From: Corallochytrium limacisporum Hawaii | Taxonomy: Eukaryota; Protista; Pluriformea | Direction of reading: 5' to 3' | Length of the DNA stretch: 60,536 bases | Assembly: GCA_002811645.1 (NCBI GenBank) | Contig: PDIP01000151.1 | Span: 1 to 60,536 of the forward strand | In this document: positions 34,058-43,758 of the stretch, in pieces | Position numbering within the stretch: position 1 is the first letter of the stretch | Layout of the letters: each line of letters begins with the position of its first letter | Notes under the pieces: generated by a model | Told to the model about the DNA's origin: nothing | The model's database searches: none | Seen by the model: only the letters and a program-made list of their open reading frames with translations | Position numbers and translations under genes: made by a program

Positions 34058-35671
34058 TCAGATTGCATCTTCACCGTCAGCGCAAGCGGTTGAGCTTTCG
34101 CCGAAATCACCACCTGGGCTCTTTTCCATCATCAAGTCCATAAGCCCCTCATGTGTGGCCTTGGAATGGCTTGCAGCTGTATCAATGCCTTCACGTACAT
34201 GCTGCATGCTGCGCACGAGATCACCAGTGACCTCGCGCAGCTGCTGTTCCAGACAGTTGAAAGACTGCATGATGACTTCCTTGGAGATGTCCATGGTGGC
34301 CAGTTGTTGCTGAGCGGCTGCATTCATGCCGTTTCCGTTCAACTCTGTCTGTACTGCTTGGCTCCAGAGCCGGTGGTCTTCACTGTCCGCGCACTTCAGG
34401 TGCACCTCCGTGCCATCTGTGGCGACCACACTGAAGCAGAGTGGCGGCTGCTGCAGGGTCTCCAGACGACATTTGCGAATGTCCAAAATGAGCGGTGCCT
34501 TGAGGATTCGGCCATTGCGAGGAGGTGTGGAGTGGATCAGCAGCAAAGGTCCGTGCAGGGAGGCCCAGACTTGGCGCCAGGCTGTGGGAGCCGGCGGCAT
34601 CCCGGATTTGCGAAAGCGTCTGAACGACAGGTAACCTTGGCGAGCAATGCTGAGCTCGTAGTCCGTGATGGTGGATTCTGCCAGAGATACCAACGAGGAG
34701 TTGCTGCTGCTGCGACGCAGTCCGCCACCTCCCACAGTGCTACGCGCAGGAACCAAGGATCTGGCAGAGCTCTGATTCATGCGCGATGAGCTCGGTGGAG
34801 GGGGTCTTGTGGGCGGTATTGTGGAAGAAAAGGACCGCGCGTGTCTGTGCTGTTGGTTGAGCGCTTGAGCAGCACCCTCGGTAAAGAATGTGCTTGCACT
34901 ACTGGTGGAAGAGAAGCGACTGATCGGACGGCTAGGCGGAGACTCCCTGGGACCTGAACGGCGTTCAGCACCCGATAGGAAACGCGAGTGGTTCTTGGGG
35001 GACAGAGCTGGGATTCGGGAGATAGTGGACGTCGTCAAGACACTATCGGCGTCACTAATCACACTGACATTATCATCCATAGCAGAAAGAGCGCCTCGGC
35101 TGGATCGAAGTCTCGCAGAATGTGTTCCAGGACTTTTACTTGGGGACTTGGAAACAGTTCGAAGGGGAGGTACGGGTGGGGAGGAGTCTCTCACCATGTC
35201 GTTTTCCTTGTTTGCCCCGTGGCCACTTTCGTTCTTGGAACCACTGCTGCTAGCGGTTCGCTTGCCCGAAGTTCGTGTACCATGCGACCTTGCGTCAACT
35301 GTACTGAACTCTGACAGGATAGTTAGTGGGTTCAGCGCATGCCAAATTGGTCTGTCGGGATACCGGAAATGCCAGATGGTTAGACGGTAGACAACAATAC
35401 CAAGAATAGCATGCTGTACGAGCGGAAAACTCAGCAGGTACGTAATAATTGTGAGAATCAATTCCACAAAAGAGCCCAATACGCCTCCAAAACTCTTGGC
35501 CATACCCTTTGTATCCTCCGGCATCGGAGGTGCCTGGTGCGGATACGGTCCCCACATCCAGCTACCCGCCTGGGGCATCTGATGCTGGACAGGGGGCGCC
35601 TGCGGCATTCCCCAGAATGCCATGTTTGTGATTTCCTGTTCCGTTTTTTGTTTGGTGTTTTTTTTTGACAT
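34058..35671 (-). CDS. Membrane-anchored PH-domain protein with a Ser/Arg-rich linker and C-terminal coiled coil
   Basis: N-terminal hydrophobic hairpin (FGGVLGSFVELILTIITYLLSFPLVQHAILGIVVY). PH signature RQGYL..WRQVWASL..CFSVV..HLKCADSEDHRLWSQAV. Confidence 0.75.
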   Translation of the reverse strand: MSKKNTKQKTEQEITNMAFWGMPQAPPVQHQMPQAGSWMWGPYPHQAPPMPEDTKGMAKSFGGVLGSFVELILTIITYLLSFPLVQHAILGIVVYRLTIWHFRYPDRPIWHALNPLTILSEFSTVDARSHGTRTSGKRTASSSGSKNESGHGANKENDMVRDSSPPVPPLRTVSKSPSKSPGTHSARLRSSRGALSAMDDNVSVISDADSVLTTSTISRIPALSPKNHSRFLSGAERRSGPRESPPSRPISRFSSTSSASTFFTEGAAQALNQQHRHARSFSSTIPPTRPPPPSSSRMNQSSARSLVPARSTVGGGGLRRSSSNSSLVSLAESTITDYELSIARQGYLSFRRFRKSGMPPAPTAWRQVWASLHGPLLLIHSTPPRNGRILKAPLILDIRKCRLETLQQPPLCFSVVATDGTEVHLKCADSEDHRLWSQAVQTELNGNGMNAAAQQQLATMDISKEVIMQSFNCLEQQLREVTGDLVRSMQHVREGIDTAASHSKATHEGLMDLMMEKSPGGDFGESSTACADGEDAI

Positions 35672-36189
35672 GAATGCATGGTCGTGTAAAACATTAACGT
35701 GACCAGTTTAGGATCTGCTTCAAATAGCTGACCAGAAGCACTTGCTTGCCGCGGCTACACTACCTATGAGCTTTAAGGTTCAAGGACGAAAGTGTCTCCA
35801 TGTTTTTGTTATCCTGTCTCCAGATTGGTATCTGCCACGAAGTGCTGTAAAGGGCGTTTGATGGTGGTTGCCATCCTCTTCCGCTGCCCTGGGCAAAGGA
35901 GATGTCCACAGCCCGCACTTTCCCTATTTGCCCCTGTGTTTGAGACCCGCCTGGCTTCAAATCCTTCCCGCCTAAGTGTTGCCGACGAATATACTACGGT
36001 GCCCCGACTCCTTCTGCTGGATTAATAGGACTCCCCAAGAGACCGTACAATCACTATTGAAGTTGTGCCACAGTATTTCACAGTCCGTTGCTCTACCCCA
36101 CCTAAATTCCAAGCCTCCGTCATTCCCCTATGTTGTCTCGGCCGGCCCCCTCCCGAGCCAAGCCTGGTAACCCAGTGACCGGGCGTCTA

Positions 36190-36290
36190 GTAAATGTCAG
36201 TATAATATATTTTGCGTTACAATTATAAACAATATAAATATTTTCCCAACTGGCGCGGAAACCATTTAATGCACTTCAGTATATCATATT
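36190..36290. promoter_or_regulatory. AT-rich island (ATGTCAGTATAATATATTTT) in a divergent intergenic region
   Basis: Sharp AT-rich block between the head-to-head PH-domain gene and DBR1; shares the GTCMGTATA core. Confidence 0.35.
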
Positions 36291-36460
36291 ACACCCCTCG
36301 AGCGCACTACGCACAATCGGTCTTCCCTCCTGCTACAGCCACTGGTGGGGTGGGGTGGTTGAGAGCTACTTCAAAGATATGGCATGCACAGCAGGGGCCA
36401 GAGGAACAATAAGCAATCCAGCCACCGCCACTTTCCTCTGCGAAACGAAGCCATCATATC

Positions 36461-37663
36461 ATGGGTCAAGGTGGCGATGGTGGAACGGTAACTGTGGCCG
36501 TTGCAGGATGCACGCACGGTGAGTTTGACGTTGTCTTCAACGCTGTTCAAGATCTCAAGAACAATGGCACGGAGATTGACTTGCTAATTCTCACTGGTGA
36601 CGTACAGACATGCAGGGACCAATATGACCTGGATTCTATGGCGGTGCCGCATAAATATAAAAAGCTCGGGGGGTTCGTAGATTACTACAATGGCACCAAA
36701 ACTATTCCAGTCCCAACCATTTGCATCGGGGGCAACCATGAAGCGTCTGCGTACTTTAGCGAATTGCCCTATGGGGGGTGGCTGTGTCCGAATTTGTGGT
36801 ACATGGGCCTTTCGAACGTTGTGAGTTTCGCTGGCCTCCGCATCAAGGGAGTCAGTGGGATCTACAAAAGCCATGATTGGGATCGACGGCCCAGAGTCAC
36901 CGCACCAATGCCCCCGGGATCCAAAGACGTCGCATGGAACGAAGGGCAGAAGAGAGGTATCTATCATCAGCATGTGGAAGATCAATTGCACACGTACGCA
37001 TTTCTAGATGAGAAAGGTTTTTCTGTAGCCTCAGTTCCGGAGGAACTGTGTGAGATTGACGTCATGGTCACCCACGACTGGCCCACGGTTGCCACAAACC
37101 GGAGTCCGTCAGAACTGCTGGTGTCAGACACGGAACACCTGATCCGTCGCAAGAGCTTTTTTGCGGACGAGATCCGTCGGGCAGAGCTAGGATCGCCAAA
37201 GCACAGTGAGTATATAACTATGGGCAAGGAAACAAGTCGGTACTGGTTCAGCAGCCACCTGCACGTGAAGTACACAGCACTGATGGGAAGGACAATACCC
37301 CAAAGCAGCTGTGAACAAGAGCAGAGCGACGATGGTGGTACTGAAAAATGGTGCCGCTTTTTGGCCTTGGACAAAGTTGAGCCACACCGTGAGTGGCTGC
37401 AGGTCGTGCCAATACAAAGAAAACCACGAGTCCAACCTTTTGGCACCCATAGCCCTTTTGAGAGTGATCCTGTCCTGCGCTTCTGCCCAGAGCACTTGCT
37501 GCAGTTGTACGGCAAGGAGAAGGAGGCAACAACTCCTGTCAAGGATCTTTTGGGCAGTTTAAATGCTCAAGATCTGGTACCACCGCCGTTCAATCGCAAT
37601 GCTGTAGCGTACACAAGACAGGTGGCTGAGCAGCTGCGGCTCAAAGATCCCTGGGGCCTCTAA
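36461..37663 (+). CDS. DBR1: RNA lariat debranching enzyme
   Basis: VAVAGCTHG, GDVQTCRD, MAVPHKY, IGGNHEAS, ELPYGGW, SGIYKSHD, THDWP, LGSP, YWFSSHLHVKY, FLALDK. Confidence 0.95.
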   Translation: MGQGGDGGTVTVAVAGCTHGEFDVVFNAVQDLKNNGTEIDLLILTGDVQTCRDQYDLDSMAVPHKYKKLGGFVDYYNGTKTIPVPTICIGGNHEASAYFSELPYGGWLCPNLWYMGLSNVVSFAGLRIKGVSGIYKSHDWDRRPRVTAPMPPGSKDVAWNEGQKRGIYHQHVEDQLHTYAFLDEKGFSVASVPEELCEIDVMVTHDWPTVATNRSPSELLVSDTEHLIRRKSFFADEIRRAELGSPKHSEYITMGKETSRYWFSSHLHVKYTALMGRTIPQSSCEQEQSDDGGTEKWCRFLALDKVEPHREWLQVVPIQRKPRVQPFGTHSPFESDPVLRFCPEHLLQLYGKEKEATTPVKDLLGSLNAQDLVPPPFNRNAVAYTRQVAEQLRLKDPWGL

Positions 37664-37719
37664 AGAATCTGCATAACTAAAGAATATCTACATTTTATAT
37701 AATCTACACATAATGGGAT

Positions 37720-38349
37720 CTAGCCATCCTTTTTCTGGGGCACAATCGAATCTGGTGCCAGCTTACTCCCGGGACGGTACGCTCCCATGACTTGATTCAC
37801 CATTGCAGAGCACATTTTGGCGTAAGGGTTGTCCTTGATCAGCTCCTGTTGCGCAACTTCTTCTCCCATGTCGGCTGCTTTACGAAAATCTTGCATGGCT
37901 CCGTCGTTGTTTTCAAGTAGGCGTTTAAGCATTGCCCGCTGGGTCAATGCCTCACGCTTGACACACTCAGACTTGGCAATGTCGACAGCCTTGTCTAGAT
38001 CAGCCATGGCTTCTTGTTCTTTGCGCATCAGCCGCAGAGTCTGCGCCCGATTGTTCAACGCAGAGGCGTAATCGGGTGCCTGGTTAATGATAGAGTTAAA
38101 CACGTCCAGGGCCTCATCGTACTTTTCTGCTTCGGCCAGGGCTACTGCCTTGGCCTCCTGCGCGAGGACATCCTTTCGAATCCCCTCCGGAACGCACGCA
38201 CGGTCCAGGTCGTAGTCCTTCACTTCCGGTGCTTCCTTGGCTTTGCTAATGCTTGACTGAGCGATATCAATGTTGGGTGCGAAAATAGCATCCAGGATTG
38301 CGTCCTGTTGCCGCCGCTCCTCGTCTGTGATCGGTTTTGTTTGGGGCAT
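37720..38349 (-). CDS. TTC36: Tetratricopeptide repeat protein 36 homologue
   Basis: ATG at 38349. Three TPRs (ASALNNRAQ, ADLDKAV, ALTQRAML, DFRKAA) plus the TTC36-typical N-terminal DAILDAIFAPN and C-terminal NPYAKMCSAMV. Confidence 0.85.
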   Translation of the reverse strand: MPQTKPITDEERRQQDAILDAIFAPNIDIAQSSISKAKEAPEVKDYDLDRACVPEGIRKDVLAQEAKAVALAEAEKYDEALDVFNSIINQAPDYASALNNRAQTLRLMRKEQEAMADLDKAVDIAKSECVKREALTQRAMLKRLLENNDGAMQDFRKAADMGEEVAQQELIKDNPYAKMCSAMVNQVMGAYRPGSKLAPDSIVPQKKDG

Positions 38350-39358
38350 TACCACCGTTTACTTTTGACTCTACGTTCCCAACTAATTTACGACGTGCTC
38401 ACTCCTTCAGAAGAGTAGTACCTGCAACTATGGGGGATTGTGACCGAATCTCAGACGATCATGAAATACCAGCTCATTCCGAACAAATTCATTCGAACAT
38501 ACACGATGTCGGAGACAGTAACATGCAAATGAAACCGATGGGCCTCTATTGCTTGGGCTCCTCCGACTTGCTGATAGATAGATGGCGTCAATACGTCCGT
38601 GGGAACTGGGCCCTTTGTCTCTTCCTCCTTTCCACTACGCAGCCTCACCCACATTCCCTCCGCACATCTCATGAACCGGTGTATCCAACCCATACCAAAA
38701 TTTTCCCCTTTTCCTCAATTTCTAGATGTACCCCTAACTAATCTCATTATTCTACATTCAACCGAGCAAAGCACCTTCGGCAGTGCCAACTGGTTTTTGT
38801 TTGCAGCCCTCTCGCTGCAATATATTGGATTTCCGCCGTACGTAGTACAAATCGCTGCCAAACCGGGGTTTCGGACCTAAGGAGCGAGCTCTGGCACATG
38901 TCTAGTGGGGCCCCCGGGCACAGTTTCCGGAGGGCTGCAGTGCACCCACCGCCAGGTACATCCATCGGACTACGCGGCTACCCAACCCCCCCCCCCACAT
39001 TCAAACCCCTTGCAAACAAAACAAGAAACAGCCACTTTTGCTTTGGTTTGGTCCTGTGCGGCGGGCTGCTGGGTCTCCAGCTGAGGTCAAAAGCGGAGTG
39101 GACACGAAACCGTTCTTGCCGTGCTTGTGTGAAACAGTCTTTGCCCACTTCAAACGTTTGAAATTTCATGGCGAAAGCCGTTGTGCATCTACTTCATAGT
39201 ATAAATTGAGACAAATTACCCCTGCAAGCAAGCATTCTTCAGTTCGATGGTCCAGTGGCAATATGTGTTATCTTTGAGTGAAGGAATGATATAGGGTAGT
39301 AGTATTGTTGGTGTCATTAGTGAAAGCAGAATACAAATCAAATAGAACTTAGTCAACC

Positions 39359-40948
39359 ATGGTGTTAGGTGACTTGGGAAAGCGCCTACAGGGTGCTCTC
39401 CGCGGTCTTGGCCAGAGTGGAGAGGTTGATGACGAGGCCATAAATGCTATGCTTAAAGAACTGGGTAATGCTCTCATCCAAAGCGACGTTAACATTAAGT
39501 TGGTAGTCCAGCTGAAGAAACGGGTACTGAAAAAAATTCAGGCCGGTGATGCAACGGCTGGAGCGAACAAGAAACGCCTTGCACAAAAAGCTGTCTTTGA
39601 GGAACTGACGGCCTTGCTCGATCCTGGAAAGGAGCCATTCAAGCCTGTGAAGGGCCGGCCCAATGTCATCATGTTTGTGGGTCTGCAGGGTGCAGGAAAG
39701 ACCACGACATGCACCAAGGTGGCGTATCACTACGCAAGAAAGAAGTGGAAGAGTTGCCTGGTATGTGCGGATACCTTCCGTGCCGGTGCCTTTGATCAGC
39801 TGAAACAGAACGCGGCCAAGGCACGAATTCCTTTCTACGGTTCTTACAGTGAGTCAGATCCTGTAGTTATTGCCAGGGAGGGTGTAGAGCGCTTCAAGAA
39901 GGAAGGTTATGAGATCATCATTGTGGACACCAGTGGTCGTCACATGCAGGAGGCAGCACTTTTCGAAGAAATGCTCCAGCTCAACAACGCTGTGAACCCG
40001 GACAATATCATCTTCGTTATGGACGGTACCATTGGTCAGGCTGCTGAGCTGCAGGCCGCTGCTTTCAAGGCGAAAGTCGACGTTGGTGGTGTGATTATCA
40101 CCAAGCTTGATGGACACGCGAAGGGTGGCGGTGCCCTTTCTGCTGTGGCTGCCACACACGCCCCCATTACTTTCATCGGTGTGGGCGAGCACATGACAGA
40201 ATTGGAAGCTTTTGATGCCCAGCGGTTCGTCGGTAAGCTCCTGGGTATGGGAGACATGCGGGGTCTGATGGAAAAAATGACTGAAGTGAATAACCAGAAG
40301 TCACAGGTTGAGTTGGCTCAGCGCCTTCAGAAGGGACAGTTTAGCATTCGCGACCTCCGTGGACAGGTTGAGATGATTATGCGCATGGGTCCCATGTCGC
40401 AGATCATGGGAATGATGCCCGGTGGACTGGCGGATATCATGCCAGAGGGTGGTGATGATGCAGCTGCGGACCAGATGAAGAAGTTCCTAGTCATGATGGA
40501 TTCCATGACTGACGAAGAATTGGATAGTGATGGTAAGCCCTTCGTCGATTCCCCGAGTCGTACTAAACGTGTGGCCCGGGGTGCCGGTGTGCCCATGGAG
40601 ATGCTAGAAGCTCTGCTGGCAATGCAGAAACAATTTTCATCGATGGTCAAGAAAATGGGAGGTATGCAAAAGGCCATGATGGGTGGAGGTGGCCGCGGTC
40701 GCGGAGCTGGCATGCCCATGAATCAGGCCAATGCTATGCAGGCCATGCAGCGGCAGGTTGGCTCCATGATAGACCCTGCCATGCTCCAACAGATGGGCGG
40801 CATGCAAGGCCTACAGAACATGGCACAGCAAATGATGGGTGGTGGCATGGGCGGTGGTGGAATGGCCGACATGATGCAACAGATGCAGGCACAGATGGGC
40901 GGTGGACGTGGCGGTCGCGGTGGCATGCGCGGAGGCCGGCGTCGCTGA
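39359..40948 (+). CDS. SRP54: Signal recognition particle 54 kDa subunit
   Basis: MVLGDLG, GLQGAGKTT, DTFRAGAFDQL, DTSGRH, TKLDGHAKGGGALSAV, Met-rich M domain and RGG tail. Confidence 0.99.
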   Translation: MVLGDLGKRLQGALRGLGQSGEVDDEAINAMLKELGNALIQSDVNIKLVVQLKKRVLKKIQAGDATAGANKKRLAQKAVFEELTALLDPGKEPFKPVKGRPNVIMFVGLQGAGKTTTCTKVAYHYARKKWKSCLVCADTFRAGAFDQLKQNAAKARIPFYGSYSESDPVVIAREGVERFKKEGYEIIIVDTSGRHMQEAALFEEMLQLNNAVNPDNIIFVMDGTIGQAAELQAAAFKAKVDVGGVIITKLDGHAKGGGALSAVAATHAPITFIGVGEHMTELEAFDAQRFVGKLLGMGDMRGLMEKMTEVNNQKSQVELAQRLQKGQFSIRDLRGQVEMIMRMGPMSQIMGMMPGGLADIMPEGGDDAAADQMKKFLVMMDSMTDEELDSDGKPFVDSPSRTKRVARGAGVPMEMLEALLAMQKQFSSMVKKMGGMQKAMMGGGGRGRGAGMPMNQANAMQAMQRQVGSMIDPAMLQQMGGMQGLQNMAQQMMGGGMGGGGMADMMQQMQAQMGGGRGGRGGMRGGRRR

Positions 40949-41351
40949 AGTTTCATCCCGCATACATACAGAACATCCACCTGACATGACTCATCTTCAC
41001 TTATCATCAACATGTACATTTGCATAACAAAAATTAAGATTTTGCATATACATATATACTCCAAACTACATTTCTTTAATGTTTTTTTATAATGAAAAGC
41101 TTATGGGGCAGTGGCGGATACTCCCGGTTAGAGTTAAGGTTGCCAGAGGCGTGGCCAGGGCCAGTCAGTATGCCACCGCGAGACCGAAATATATTCTTTG
41201 AATCAATGCTGGAAATATATGCGGTCCCCCAGTGCCGAAAGAAGAGTTCCTGCACATTTAATTTTTACCGAATTCTGCGTTCAGCCAATCGGAGGCCCGG
41301 CAACGGGACAGGTTTCTAACGGGAGAAGAAAGGGGGGGGATTGGGGGTGTC

Positions 41352-41543
41352 NNNNNNNNNNNNNNNNNNNNNNNNNNNNNNNNNNNNNNNNNNNNNNNNN
41401 NNNNNNNNNNNNNNNNNNNNNNNNNNNNNNNNNNNNNNNNNNNNNNNNNNNNNNNNNNNNNNNNNNNNNNNNNNNNNNNNNNNNNNNNNNNNNNNNNNNN
41501 NNNNNNNNNNNNNNNNNNNNNNNNNNNNNNNNNNNNNNNNNNN
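41352..41543. other. Assembly gap (N run)
   Basis: Ns flanked by G tracts. Confidence 0.99.
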
Positions 41544-42518
41544 GGGGGGGGGGGAAGCTGGCGCGTTGCCCCGGGAATGTTTGGCTCTTTCTGCAGCGAT
41601 TGCCAAAAACCTTCTGCGACACTGCGCACTCGTATCGAACATTATGTACCAAATGCAGCATCACCATGAGGCACCCATTTCTCGGGGGACATGTGCACTT
41701 GAAGAAACCACTCTTAAAGCATTCCCAGCCACTGTTGTCTTGCCAAACTACCGACCTCGCGCTCTCCTGGATCACAAGGACAGACGCAAGAGATTAAGAA
41801 GCAGCAGAACACAGCAAACAATACAGTACCGCAGGCACACATATATCGGCATCATCATCATCATAAAGCAACTATGAAGAATAACACAAGGCACATGCCG
41901 GTACCTGCTGATTGATTGAACTTCGCCACCAACCCACCGCACTTGCTGTTGGTACTGCTTATAGACGTATTGTGTTTTGTTGTAATTCATAGATGTCTCT
42001 GTGTCCTTTGACACACACAGCAAGAAGGCCCGCAGACATGACGATGATGATGTTTCAACCCGTCATCACAAGCCCGAACTGCTCCACCGCCCTTCTAATG
42101 CGAGGTTATGATCACTTCTATTCTCTTCCGCTTCCAGTCAAGCACGCTTTGTAAATCACCGGGTATGTTTCAAGACCACGGCGCATGTATTCGTCAAGGG
42201 GAGAGTCGCTCCGCCGCGTCCCCTTCTCACTTCTTCTTTTTTTTTAGCATTTCCTCTGTGTGTGTTGTGCCAACCAGGAAGAAAAAAAATTCTCTCTCTC
42301 ACTACCACCTCTAAGCTCTCTCATTCTCTCGCTCAATATACCCTGCCGCCGCAGGGGTTTGGAGGGAGGGGGAGGCGGTGGGGGGCGGGGCCTGTTTCTC
42401 CTCAGTCACAACCGCGTACCCCGCTACCCAATACACAGGCACAACACGGCGCGCCCCCCCCAACCCACCCCCTTCTTTTACGGTTGCTGTGTCCGGACGA
42501 TGGAAACCCCCTTTTTGG

Positions 42519-42816
42519 CACTCACTCACTCACTCACTCACTCACTCACTCACTCACTCACTCACTCACTCACTCACCCACTCACTCACTCACTCACTCA
42601 CTCACTCACTCACTCACTCACTCACTCACTCACTCACTCACNNNNNNNNNNNNNNNNNNNNNNNNNNNNNNNNNNNNNNNNNNNNNNNNNNNNNNNNNNN
42701 NNNNNNNNNCACTCACTCACTCACTCACTCACCCACTCACTCACTCACTCACTCACTCACTCACTCACTCACTCACTCACTCACTCACTCACTCACTCAC
42801 TCACTCACTCACTCAC
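42519..42816. repeat. (CACT)n tetranucleotide microsatellite, interrupted by an N gap at 42642-42709
   Basis: More than 50 visible CACT units with two CACC variants; true length unknown. Confidence 0.97.
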
Positions 42817-43758
42817 ACCCTCTCAACTGCTCTCTTCATATCGCGCACTGGTCCGTGTGTTTGCCTCGCCTCCGCGCTCTCCGCTCCTCTCGCTGTCCCC
42901 CCCGTTTCCCAGCTAAGTTACTTTGTAACGGCCACCACCACCACTGTCCCACCCTTTTTGTCCCCCCTTTATACCGCGTTGGTCTCCACCCCGACCCACT
43001 CCCGCCGTCGCTCGCTAAAATCCAAGGTTGTTCCTTGCCTACTAATACTCGCCTGCCTGCCTACCTAGAGTGTCTCCCCGTCCCGCCGATTGGGGGAGAG
43101 CGGGGGTAGGGAGGGGGGAAGGCCCCTCCCCCCAAATCCGCGGGGGTTTGGGGGAACGGAAATGGGCAGCGCCGGGCAGTAACCATGGGACCTCTTAGTG
43201 GTCCGCAGTGCCTGCTAATGTGATACTTATATACTGAATATACTACACAATTTCGGGAACAGTGAAAGAAATGAATCCATTCACCGGCACAGCGGCAGCG
43301 GGGAGGGGTAAATTTCTGAAGGAACGAACATTCCGTGCTGTGCTTGTTTCTAACTCCCAGCCCAAATGAAGTGCCATGAATGATGTCAAAATGACCCTGG
43401 CGTTCAAGTTAATGCAGTTGGGATATCTCGCTGGTATAGCTCCGGAGCAGGAGATAATTTAATGAGAAAAATAAGAGAACGAGCGAGAAACAGGGCCGTT
43501 GATGTTCGGATACATTTCAAAGCATTTCTTTGCGTTTGGGACGGAGTGTGCTTCCCTACAGTTGATCGGATTGGGTACACTGGAAGTATTTAGAAAATGG
43601 AAGAAAGAGCCAAGAAGTTATTTATGTGTTCTGTCTGTGAGATCCGGAGTGTGAATATATGTATGATACGTGTAAATTTATTGTAGCAAAGTGTAGTTCG
43701 AGAATTACATTGTAGGGCACTACATATACATATCAATCGAACTTGAGGAACCGCCATC

